Origin: an uncultured Spirochaetota bacterium | GTDB lineage: Bacteria; Spirochaetota; Brevinematia; Brevinematales; JAOACQ01 | Assembly (NCBI GenBank): GCA_963835575.1 | Contig: CAWIGG010000002.1 | Coordinates: 198,141-262,140, forward strand | Direction: 5' to 3' | Length of the DNA: 64,000 nucleotides | In this document: positions 1-7,964 of the stretch, one piece after another | Layout: each line of letters opens with the position of its first letter | Numbering within the stretch: the first letter of the stretch is position 1 | Program-made: the position numbers and the translations under genes | Notes under the pieces: generated by a model | What the model was told of the DNA's origin: nothing | What the model saw: only the letters and a program-made list of their open reading frames with translations | Database searches by the model: none

Positions 1-274
1 TCCAGCGTAGCGTCTTCTGTTGCGGTCAGTTCGAGCAGATCGAGTGTTGCGTCTTCGACAGCAGTAAGTTCAAGCCTGGCCGCATCCAGCGTAGCGTCTT
101 CTGTTGCAGTTAGTTCGAGCAGATCGAGCGTAGCATCTTCAGTTGCGGTAAGCTCCAGCCGGTCGAGCGTAGCTTCTTCAGCAGCAGTCAGCTCGAGCCG
201 GGCTGCATCCAGTGTTGCAGCTTCTAGCGTGGCTTCCAGCGTCGCAGTGTCCAGTGCGGCTTCAAGTACAGCCG
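1..274 (+). repeat. Ser-rich linker-coding degenerate tandem repeat (~39-nt / 13-codon period)
   Basis: Iterated AVSSSRSSVASSV-type units read directly from frame 1. Confidence 0.8.
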
Positions 275-597
275 GCGGATATGCTGTGAATTATACAGTC
301 AATAATGACTGGGGTGCGGGCGCTACATGCACGGTGACCATAAAGAACAATTCCGCTACAGCCCTCAGTAGCTGGTCTCTTGTCTGGACTTTTGCAGGCA
401 ACCAGGCTATAACCCAGATATGGAGCGCCAGTCAGACTACCAGCGGTGAAACAGTGACAGCCGTGAATTTAAGCTACAACGGTACGATCGGCGCGAATGG
501 CGGAACGCAGAGCTTCGGCTTCAATTTGAGCTACAGCGGGTCCAATGCAAAACCGACTTCGTTCACTCTGAACGGAACGGCATGTACAACATATTAA
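1..597 (+). CDS. 3' part of a secreted carbohydrate-active enzyme gene (5' end outside window): Ser-rich linker + CBM2-like module
   Basis: Frame 1 is open from nt 1 (SSVASSVAVSSSRSSVASS...). Ends GGYAVNYTVNNDWGAGATCTVTIKNN...FTLNGTACTTY*, the cassette shared by 17 downstream genes. DNA closely similar to 28680-29156. Confidence 0.85.
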   Translation, partial: SSVASSVAVSSSRSSVASSTAVSSSLAASSVASSVAVSSSRSSVASSVAVSSSRSSVASSAAVSSSRAASSVAASSVASSVAVSSAASSTAGGYAVNYTVNNDWGAGATCTVTIKNNSATALSSWSLVWTFAGNQAITQIWSASQTTSGETVTAVNLSYNGTIGANGGTQSFGFNLSYSGSNAKPTSFTLNGTACTTY

Positions 598-991
598 GTG
601 AAATTCCCGGAAATGTTTCCGGTCTCATTAGGGGATAGATAAATCTCTATAGTGAGGAAAAGTTATTAATAGATATGTCATTCAGCCCTGTCCGGACGGA
701 TGCCGCATCCCCCCGACCGCGGTATTCGGTTCCGAACAGGGCGATTTTTAATGGATCCATAAACGAAATTCAGTTCAGATCATTCATTCGTCTTTTCCAT
801 GATCAGCGAATTGGTTAAAGATTAAAAAAGTTAATATTTTAAAAACAGCAGCCGGCATTCGGCGGTATATGGCGTAAATGCCGTTTATCTGCCGATAACT
901 CGTATAAAATTCTTCCATTTCTTTAATTGAGTAAAATTCTTGAATTTTCCAGAGTTTTTAATCATTTCAATGTCCTACCGTAAGTCGGATT

Positions 992-1062
992 AAAACCATA
1001 CTTAAGGTATTGTCAAATCAATACTATGAGTCTGCATAGATTTTATTGGAAGATTTTATAAT
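992..1062 (+). promoter_or_regulatory. Twin direct-repeat promoter motif upstream of GH9 gene
   Basis: AAAACCATACTTAAGGT (992-1008) and degenerate AAATCAATACTATGAGT (1015-1031) in 23-nt register. TATAAT at 1057-1062, ATG at 1124. Same architecture at four other loci. Confidence 0.5.
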
Positions 1063-1123
1063 ATTTATTATCAAAAGTTTAAGAAGAAAATTCATTTCAT
1101 AAAAAACTGTAAGGAGGAAAATT

Positions 1124-3643
1124 ATGAAGAAAATCTTTGGTTTAAAGAGAATAATCGCTCTTTTAACCTTGATGACGGCGGGCATCGTTATTTCTTTGTT
1201 TATCGCTTCATGCTCTACGTCGATTAATTCTGGCGGTAATAATGGTTTTACAGACCAGAATTCTCAAACTAAGGCAGGAGGCTATAACTACGGTGAAGCC
1301 CTCCAGAAGGCCATTATGTTCTACGAGTTCCAGAGGTCTGGAACAATCCCTTCAGATCAGAGAGACAACTGGAGAGGGAACTCCGGTATGAGCGACGCAG
1401 TCCTCGGCGGTTACTATGACGCCGGCGACCATGTCAAATTCAACCTTCCCATGGCCTTTTCAGCCAGTATGATGGCCTGGTCTCTCTATGAAAACGCTTC
1501 GGCTTATACGGCCACTGGTCAGACCGCTTATATTCAGAAAGCGATCCAGTGGGTTTGCGACTACCTTGTCGGATGCCAGAGCGGAAACATCTATCAGATC
1601 GGCGACGGCAGTCTGGACCATGCCTGGTGGGGTCCCTGCGAAGTCATGCAGATGTCAAGACCTGCGGCATCATCGGCTCAATGTTCTGCCGTATGGGGAG
1701 AAAGCGCCGCCGCTCTTGCCGCCGCTTCCAAAGTGCTCGGCAATTCTTCCTACCTGTCGGCTGCGAAGACCTATTTCAGCAAGGCTGAAAGTGCTATGAG
1801 CGATTCCGGTTATACCGCCGCTAACGGTTATTACAATTCCTGGAGCGGTTTCTATGATGAACTGGTCTGGGCGGCAGTATGGCTCTATATTGCCTCCGGT
1901 GACAGCACATATTTAACGAAAGCTCAAACCTATTTTGGAAATATCGGGATGGAAGGACAGTCTTCCAACGTTGCTTACAAATGGACACAATCTTGGGACG
2001 ACAAGCATTACGGCGCAGAGCTTTTGCTTGCCAAGTTAACAGGCGGCGCCCAATATAAAACAGCCATTGAAAACAACCTGGACTACTGGACCACAGGCGG
2101 TCCTGACGGCTCCAAGATTACTTATACTCCCAAGGGTCTGGCCCATCTGGATAACTGGGGATGTATCAGGTACGCTATGGGCGCTTCAACTCTAGCTTTT
2201 TGCTATGCCAACTGGTCCGGCGCGAATGCCACAAAAGCCGCCACTTACAAGTCTTTTGCTGAAACGCAGGTCAATTATGCTCTCGGCAGCACAGGCAGAA
2301 GCTATATAATCGGTTTCGGAAGCAATTATCCCCAGCATCCGCACCACAGAACGGCTGAAAGCTCATGGGCAGACAGCCAGACAGTACCGCCCTATTGCCG
2401 TCATACACTTATCGGCGCATTGGTCGGCGGTCCTGACGCAAGCGACAATTTTACCGACGATGACAGCCAGTATCAATACACTGAACCGGCCTGCGACTAT
2501 AACGCATGCTTGATCGGCGCACTGGCATATATGTATAATTCCTACGGCGGTACACCGGTAGCCAACTTGACGGCTAATGAAACTCCTTCCAACCTGGAAT
2601 ATTTTGTTCAGACTGCGCAAAATGCCACAGGAAATAACTTCTTTGAAGTCAAGTTTGATTTGTTCAACGAGTCAGGGTGGCCGGCAAGGGCGCTTTCAAA
2701 CTCTGTGTCATTCCGCTACTTTTTTGATATTTCCGAACTTGTTGCAAAAGGGCATACCGCTAGTGATATTACCCTTACCGTCAATTACAATCAGGACAGC
2801 GCGGGTGTAGCCACACTGAAGCAGTGGAGCGGGAATATCTATTATATCAATGTCAACTGGACCGGATTGATCTATCCCGGCGGACAGTCGATGTACAAGA
2901 AAGAAATTCAGGTCAGGTTTACTTATCCGACAGACGTGACAAACGATAACTCCAATGACTGGTCCTACCAGTATTTTAACAATGTAGTTACAACCGGAAC
3001 AACAAATAACCCCAATGTGCCTGTATACATCAATGGGACGAAAGTTTATGGTAATGAACCCGGCGCAGCTTCTTCTTCAGCTGCTTCATCTGTAGCCGCG
3101 AGTTCACGTCCAGCATCCTCAGTAGCAGCATCCTCAATAGCAGCAAGCTCAGTGGCAGCATCTTCATCATTGGCCGCATCATCCATAGCTGCTAGTTCAC
3201 GGTCGAGCGTAGCATCCTCAGTAGCAGTCAGCTCGAGCCGGTCCAGTGTTGCGTCTTCAGTAGCAGTTTCCAGCGTTGCATCTTCAGTTGCTGTTTCCAG
3301 CGCAGCTTCTTCAGTCAGCGGCGGATATGCGGTTAATTACACCGTCAATAATGACTGGGGCGCGGGCGCTACATGCACGGTGACCATTAAGAACAATTCC
3401 GCTACAGCCCTCAGCAGCTGGTCTCTTGTCTGGACTTTTGCAGGCAACCAGGCGATCACGCAGATCTGGAGCGCAACGCAGACTTCCAGCGGTGAAACGG
3501 TGACTGTCAATAACCTGAGCTACAATAATGTCATCGGCGCGAACGGCGGAACGCAGAGCTTCGGCTTCAATTTGAGCTACAGCGGATCCAATGCAAAACC
3601 GACTTCGTTCACTTTGAACGGAACGGCATGTACACTTTACTAA
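1124..3643 (+). CDS. GH9 endoglucanase (Cel9A/E4-type) - CBM3c - Ser linker - CBM2-like; predicted lipoprotein
   Basis: AGGAGG RBS. Signal peptide ending IASC|S. GH9 motifs GGYNYGEALQKAIMFYEFQRSG, YYDAGDHVKF, QYTEPACDYNA. CBM3c-like FFEVKFDLFNESGWPARA..SFRYFFDISE. Terminal GGYAVNYTVNNDWGAGATCTVT...LNGTACTLY. Confidence 0.9.
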   Translation: MKKIFGLKRIIALLTLMTAGIVISLFIASCSTSINSGGNNGFTDQNSQTKAGGYNYGEALQKAIMFYEFQRSGTIPSDQRDNWRGNSGMSDAVLGGYYDAGDHVKFNLPMAFSASMMAWSLYENASAYTATGQTAYIQKAIQWVCDYLVGCQSGNIYQIGDGSLDHAWWGPCEVMQMSRPAASSAQCSAVWGESAAALAAASKVLGNSSYLSAAKTYFSKAESAMSDSGYTAANGYYNSWSGFYDELVWAAVWLYIASGDSTYLTKAQTYFGNIGMEGQSSNVAYKWTQSWDDKHYGAELLLAKLTGGAQYKTAIENNLDYWTTGGPDGSKITYTPKGLAHLDNWGCIRYAMGASTLAFCYANWSGANATKAATYKSFAETQVNYALGSTGRSYIIGFGSNYPQHPHHRTAESSWADSQTVPPYCRHTLIGALVGGPDASDNFTDDDSQYQYTEPACDYNACLIGALAYMYNSYGGTPVANLTANETPSNLEYFVQTAQNATGNNFFEVKFDLFNESGWPARALSNSVSFRYFFDISELVAKGHTASDITLTVNYNQDSAGVATLKQWSGNIYYINVNWTGLIYPGGQSMYKKEIQVRFTYPTDVTNDNSNDWSYQYFNNVVTTGTTNNPNVPVYINGTKVYGNEPGAASSSAASSVAASSRPASSVAASSIAASSVAASSSLAASSIAASSRSSVASSVAVSSSRSSVASSVAVSSVASSVAVSSAASSVSGGYAVNYTVNNDWGAGATCTVTIKNNSATALSSWSLVWTFAGNQAITQIWSATQTSSGETVTVNNLSYNNVIGANGGTQSFGFNLSYSGSNAKPTSFTLNGTACTLY
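3065..3319 (+). repeat. Ser-rich linker-coding degenerate tandem repeat
   Basis: AASSSAASSVAASSRPASS...VAVSSSRSSVASSVAVSS between CBM3c and CBM2-like module. Confidence 0.8.
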
Positions 3644-3671
3644 GCAGAGTTAATTTTGAGTAACTAAATAA

Positions 3672-3709
3672 AAGCAGAGGTTGGGGCATGCCCCGGCCTT
3701 TGCTTCTTA
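3672..3709 (+). terminator. Hairpin terminator candidate
   Basis: AAGCAGAGGTTGGGGCATGCCCCGGCCTTTGCTT palindrome after the stop codon; weak T tract. Confidence 0.5.
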
Positions 3710-3754
3710 AATAGGAAAGAATTCTAATATCATCCTGAAAAAAGGAGGAGAAAA

Positions 3755-5596
3755 ATGATAAAGAGAAACAAAGTGAAACTAATTTTATTAGGTTTAGGTG
3801 CAATGTTTTTTGTTCTCCAGTTTTCTACCTGCTCATTACAGTCTAATCAGGAAACTGGACAGCAAAACAATACGACGGCTGTCAATACACAGAAAGCCAC
3901 GGTTTCCAGCGTCGGGCGTCTGACAGGCGTCAACTGGTTCGGATTTGAAACCGGAAACTTCTGTCCCCATGGTCTCTGGTCCAGAGACTATAAATCCATG
4001 TTGAAGCAGATCAAAGACCTCGGTTTTAACTGTATTCGTATGCCCTGGTGCAACGATATGCTGTCGGCAACTCCCAACAGCATACAGATCAACGCTTCAG
4101 GCGTGGACGCGTACACAGGTCAGACCGGCCTGAACATGGACCTGGCCGGACTTTCTTCAATCCAGGTAATGGACAAGGTAATCGATGAGGCAACCAGGGT
4201 CGACGGTATAAAGATCATCCTGGACAACCATTCAAAGACACATGACAACTATAATAATGAAACATTATGGTACACATCATCCTGTTCGGAAAGCCAGGGT
4301 ATTTCGGATTGGCTTACTCTAATCAACCGTTATAAGAATAACGCGTATGTTTGCGGGGCCGATCTGAAGAACAAGCCTCATGGCAATATGACTACAGGTA
4401 TGAGACCGCCTGCGACCTGGGGTTATGATGAACCCGGTCAGGGAACGACAGACTGGAAAGCGGCCGCCGAAAGGATCGGTACCGCCATCCTTAACGCCAA
4501 TCCCAATATGATCATCATCGTGGAAGGCGTGGAATGCTATTACAATTATCCTACGGATACTGTTACCAACTTCTTCTGGTGGGGCGGCGAATTATCAGGT
4601 GTTGCAGACCATCCTATCACTGCTATTCCTTCTGCCCAGCTGATGTATTCTGTTCATGAGTACGGTCCCGAAGTCTATAATCAGTCCTGGTTCCAGGATT
4701 CCACATTCCCGAACAATATGCCTGCCATCTGGGACAAACATTACTATTTTATTAAAAAGAATGGCATAGGCTCTCTGTTCTTCGGTGAATTCGGCATAAC
4801 GGAATCCGCAGTAGAAGCCGGCGGAGTGGCAGCCACATGGTATAAGAACTTTATGGCATATATCGGAACCGCCAACAGCTGGACATTCTGGTGCATCAAC
4901 CCGGATTCCGGCGACACCGGCGGTATATTACAGAACAACTGGGTTACTGTAGAGCCGTCTAAATACGCGGTTTTGAAACCCTATCTGGCCGCTCAATTCT
5001 CGCCTCTCGGCGGAGCAAGTTCATCTTCATCCTCTACTGTATCTTCAGTTGCTGCGAGTTCGAGCCGGGCAGCATCCTCAGTGGCAGTCAGTTCGAGCAG
5101 ATCGAGCGCAGCTTCTTCAGTCGCTGCAAGCTCCAGCCGGGCCGCATCCAGCGTTGCTTCATCTATAGCCGCTAGTTCACGGTCCAGTGTTGCTTCTTCT
5201 GCAGCGGTTAGTTCGAGCCGGTCGAGCGCCGCATCCAGCGCCGCGGCTTCCAGTACTGCCGCTTCATCAGGCGGCGGATATGCTGTTAATTATACGGTTA
5301 ATAATGACTGGGGCGCAGGCGCCACATGCACGGTGACCGTTAAGAACAACAGCGCTACGGCTGTAAATGGATGGTCCTTAGTATGGACTTACGCTGGCAA
5401 TCAGACGCTGACGCAGATTTGGAACGCCACATATACCGCAAGCGGAGAGACCATTACCGTCACAAACGCAAGCTTTAACAATGTCATAAGCGTAAACGGC
5501 GGGACGCAGAGCTTCGGCTTCAATCTGAGCTACAGCGGGTCCAATGCAAAACCGGCTTCGTTCACTTTGAACGGAACGGCTTGCACAACATACTAA
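3755..5596 (+). CDS. GH5 cellulase-type lipoprotein - Ser linker - CBM2-like; acid/base Glu replaced by Lys
   Basis: AGGAGG RBS. Signal ending FSTC|S. GVNWFGFETGNFCPHGLWSRDYKSMLKQIKDLGFNCIRMPW. DLKNKPHG where paralogues have DLKNEPHG. Nucleophile region FFGEFG retained. Confidence 0.85.
   Translation: MIKRNKVKLILLGLGAMFFVLQFSTCSLQSNQETGQQNNTTAVNTQKATVSSVGRLTGVNWFGFETGNFCPHGLWSRDYKSMLKQIKDLGFNCIRMPWCNDMLSATPNSIQINASGVDAYTGQTGLNMDLAGLSSIQVMDKVIDEATRVDGIKIILDNHSKTHDNYNNETLWYTSSCSESQGISDWLTLINRYKNNAYVCGADLKNKPHGNMTTGMRPPATWGYDEPGQGTTDWKAAAERIGTAILNANPNMIIIVEGVECYYNYPTDTVTNFFWWGGELSGVADHPITAIPSAQLMYSVHEYGPEVYNQSWFQDSTFPNNMPAIWDKHYYFIKKNGIGSLFFGEFGITESAVEAGGVAATWYKNFMAYIGTANSWTFWCINPDSGDTGGILQNNWVTVEPSKYAVLKPYLAAQFSPLGGASSSSSSTVSSVAASSSRAASSVAVSSSRSSAASSVAASSSRAASSVASSIAASSRSSVASSAAVSSSRSSAASSAAASSTAASSGGGYAVNYTVNNDWGAGATCTVTVKNNSATAVNGWSLVWTYAGNQTLTQIWNATYTASGETITVTNASFNNVISVNGGTQSFGFNLSYSGSNAKPASFTLNGTACTTY
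5016..5269 (+). repeat. Ser-rich linker-coding degenerate tandem repeat
   Basis: ASSSSSSTVSSVAASSSRAASSVAVSSSRSS... up to GGGY. Confidence 0.8.
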
Positions 5597-5669
5597 GGCG
5601 AATAAATAGCGAGATATTTTAAGAAGCTCTCAATTAGGGAGTGGAACCATAAAAACCAATCTCCATGTT

Positions 5670-5708
5670 ATATCCCCCCTCCCTTATCAGGGTGGGGGGA
5701 TATTTTTT
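5670..5708 (+). terminator. Rho-independent terminator
   Basis: ATATCCCCCCTCCC-ttatc-AGGGTGGGGGGATAT followed by TTTTTT. Confidence 0.75.
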
Positions 5709-6038
5709 ACAGAGAAAGCGTTTTAAAAAATAAAGGAGGATAAAAACCTGACTAAGGTTTTAAGTAATAACAGAAAAATAAGGTTTATGATAAAAAATTA
5801 TATTTTATAAAAAAGAAAGGGTTTTGAATCAAGAAAGGATATAATAAAAATATTTTATGGTATTGAAAGCATATCTTTTTTCACTCAGTCCTTTCCTTTA
5901 AGGCTTTATTACCCTTTTATTATTAATCTTTAACGATAAGAACGGGATGCGTTATTATGTTTTTATAATATTTTTTTAGTAAAATAATGGTATTGAGGTT
6001 AAAGTAGTACAAATATTTTAAAAAGGAGTGTGAAAGTT

Positions 6039-7850
6039 ATGAAGAGAATTCTTTCGGCAGTTATTTTACTCATTGCCGCCGTATCCTGTTCGGTTTTGGA
6101 TAACGGCAGTAATTCAGTAAATAGCGGGCAGAATCAGACTGGAAATACTGTAAAAGCGGCGCCGGCCGGGTTTGTTTACGCGCAGGGCACGCAGTTCATG
6201 ATCGACGGAAAGCCTTTCTATTTCGCCGGCTGTAACGCCTACAGCATCTTTACCGTCGGAGAGGACTGGATGACCAATTCAACCAACGATATTGAAAACT
6301 ACGCGATCGGCAAGACAAACATTGATACCTTTATGAGCAACATGGCGGTCATCGGCGTCAAGGTCTTGAGGACCTGGGGCTTCGATCACCAGGCCTGGAT
6401 GGGATATGAACCCGCGAATGGTGTATATAATGAAGCGCAGTTCATGAAATTCGACTATATCCTGCAGTCAGCCCAGAAATACGGCATCAAGGTGATCATT
6501 GTACTGGAGAATTATTGGGCGGATTATGGCGGTATAGATGCGGTACTGCAATGGTTTGGCCTTCCTTCAGGGGATTATGCGTCCAGGGTAGCATTTTTTA
6601 CAAATGCGAGCTGCATTCAGTCTTATAAAAATTATGTCCAGCACTGGTTAACCAGGCTCAACCATTACACATTGAAGACTTACAGCGCCGATCCCGCAAT
6701 ATTTTCCTGGGAATTGATGAACAAACCGAGAGGCCCGAATGGGGATAGTACCGGTACCATATTGAGGGCCTGGGTTGATCAAATGGGTTCGTATATCAAG
6801 AGCCTGGATCCGAACCATATGGTCAGCGCCGGTTTAGAGGGTCATGGAACAAAATACGGCTTCGGAGGCGATGAAGGCAACCCGTTTGTTTACATACATC
6901 AATCGCCTTATATTGATTTCTGCACGGCCCATCCTTATCCCGATGAAAGCTGGGCAAACCTTACTACAAACCAGGCTGCGGCATTGGTCGATGCATGGAT
7001 TGCCGACGCGCATGGCGTCGTCGGAAAGCCTTTTGTAATGGAGGAGTTTAATACTCATAACAATAAACAAGCCTACTGGACGGCCATGTATACGGAAATT
7101 GAAAATAAAAACGCCGCAGGGGACTGCTTCTGGAATTTTAATCTTTCTTCGACAAGCGATTTCGATATGCTTCCCGGGGATGCAGTTTTGACAGGTGTAT
7201 TTATGCCCCATGCCGCTAAAATGGCCTCCAAAAGCGGACCAGTCGGTTCTTCCAGCAGCGCGGTATCCTCAGTTGCTGTGAGTTCCAGCCGCTCCAGTAC
7301 TGTTTCATCAGCTGCGGTAAGTTCGAGCCTGTCGAGCGCAGCTTCATCAACGGCAGTCAGTTCGAGCAGATCAAGCGCGGCTTCATCAACAGCGGCAAGC
7401 TCCAGCAGATCGAGCGCAGCATCCTCTGTAGCAGTCAGCTCGAGCCGATCCAGTGTTGCGTCTTCAGTAGCAGTTTCCAGTGTTGCATCTTCAGTTGCTG
7501 TTTCCAGCGCAGCTTCTTCAGTCAGCGGCGGATATGCGGTTAATTACACCGTCAATAATGACTGGGGCGCGGGCGCTACATGCACGGTGACCATTAAGAA
7601 CAATTCCGCTACAGCCCTCAGCAGCTGGTCTCTTGTCTGGACTTTTGCAGGCAACCAGGCTATAACCCAGATATGGAGCGCCAGTCAGACTACCAGCGGT
7701 GAAATAGTGACTGCCGTGAATTTAAGCTACAATGGCACGATCGGCGCGAACGGCGGGACGCAGAGCTTCGGTTTTAATCTGAGCTACAGCGGTTCGAACG
7801 CAAAACCAACGTCGTTCACTTTGAATGGAACGGCATGCACACTTTATTAA
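6039..7850 (+). CDS. GH5 beta-mannanase-type lipoprotein - Ser linker - CBM2-like; acid/base Glu replaced by Lys
   Basis: ATG 6039 sits 10 nt after GGAG (the ORF-track GTG 6030 is less likely). Signal ending AVSC|S. FVYAQGTQFMIDGKPFYFAGCNAY, VLRTWGF. WELMNKPRG where paralogue 27264 has WELANEPRC. FVMEEF retained. Confidence 0.8.
   Translation: MKRILSAVILLIAAVSCSVLDNGSNSVNSGQNQTGNTVKAAPAGFVYAQGTQFMIDGKPFYFAGCNAYSIFTVGEDWMTNSTNDIENYAIGKTNIDTFMSNMAVIGVKVLRTWGFDHQAWMGYEPANGVYNEAQFMKFDYILQSAQKYGIKVIIVLENYWADYGGIDAVLQWFGLPSGDYASRVAFFTNASCIQSYKNYVQHWLTRLNHYTLKTYSADPAIFSWELMNKPRGPNGDSTGTILRAWVDQMGSYIKSLDPNHMVSAGLEGHGTKYGFGGDEGNPFVYIHQSPYIDFCTAHPYPDESWANLTTNQAAALVDAWIADAHGVVGKPFVMEEFNTHNNKQAYWTAMYTEIENKNAAGDCFWNFNLSSTSDFDMLPGDAVLTGVFMPHAAKMASKSGPVGSSSSAVSSVAVSSSRSSTVSSAAVSSSLSSAASSTAVSSSRSSAASSTAASSSRSSAASSVAVSSSRSSVASSVAVSSVASSVAVSSAASSVSGGYAVNYTVNNDWGAGATCTVTIKNNSATALSSWSLVWTFAGNQAITQIWSASQTTSGEIVTAVNLSYNGTIGANGGTQSFGFNLSYSGSNAKPTSFTLNGTACTLY
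7246..7525 (+). repeat. Ser-rich linker-coding degenerate tandem repeat
   Basis: GSSSSAVSSVAVSSSRSSTVSS... up to SGGY. Confidence 0.8.
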
Positions 7851-7902
7851 AAAATGTTGAGAGCGGCCCTGATATTTAGGAATGAATAAGATAGTTAAAA
7901 AT

Positions 7903-7935
7903 CCTCCCTCATTTATTTGAGGGAGGAACGCTTTT
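7903..7935 (+). terminator. Rho-independent terminator
   Basis: CCTCCCTC-atttattt-GAGGGAGG then T-rich tail. Overlaps the ORF-track TTG start at 7917, which I therefore reject. Confidence 0.65.
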
Positions 7936-7964
7936 ATCTTAAGAAAATTTTTGAGGAGAGTTTT

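Noticed and set aside
684-743. The GC-rich hairpin element considered as a c-di-GMP riboswitch, which was attractive because of the GGDEF sensor in the array.
   Set aside because: I cannot align it to the GEMM-I/II consensus features I remember, and it folds as one simple long hairpin. I keep it only as an unexplained conserved hairpin.
1488-2810. Internal alternative-frame ORFs inside the hydrolase genes. Examples are 1488-1799, 1549-1788, 2363-2620, 2577-2810, 8329-9914, 12577-12945, 15325-16788, 24748-26147, 27348-28647 and 41344-41898.
   Set aside because: All are nested in or antisense to long ORFs with unambiguous GH motifs. They have no RBS and are typical by-products of moderately GC-rich coding DNA.
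7917-7964. ORF-track N-terminal extensions with upstream starts: 7917, 27225, 29477, 33234, 6030 and 50304.
   Set aside because: The extensions at 7917 and 27225 run through terminator hairpins, and all six use TTG/GTG or poorly placed ATG codons. In every case an in-frame ATG lies 6-10 nt after an AGGAGG-like RBS and immediately precedes a signal peptide (the N-terminal TM helix for the 50304 gene). These ATGs are at 7965, 27264, 29504, 33255, 6039 and 50310.
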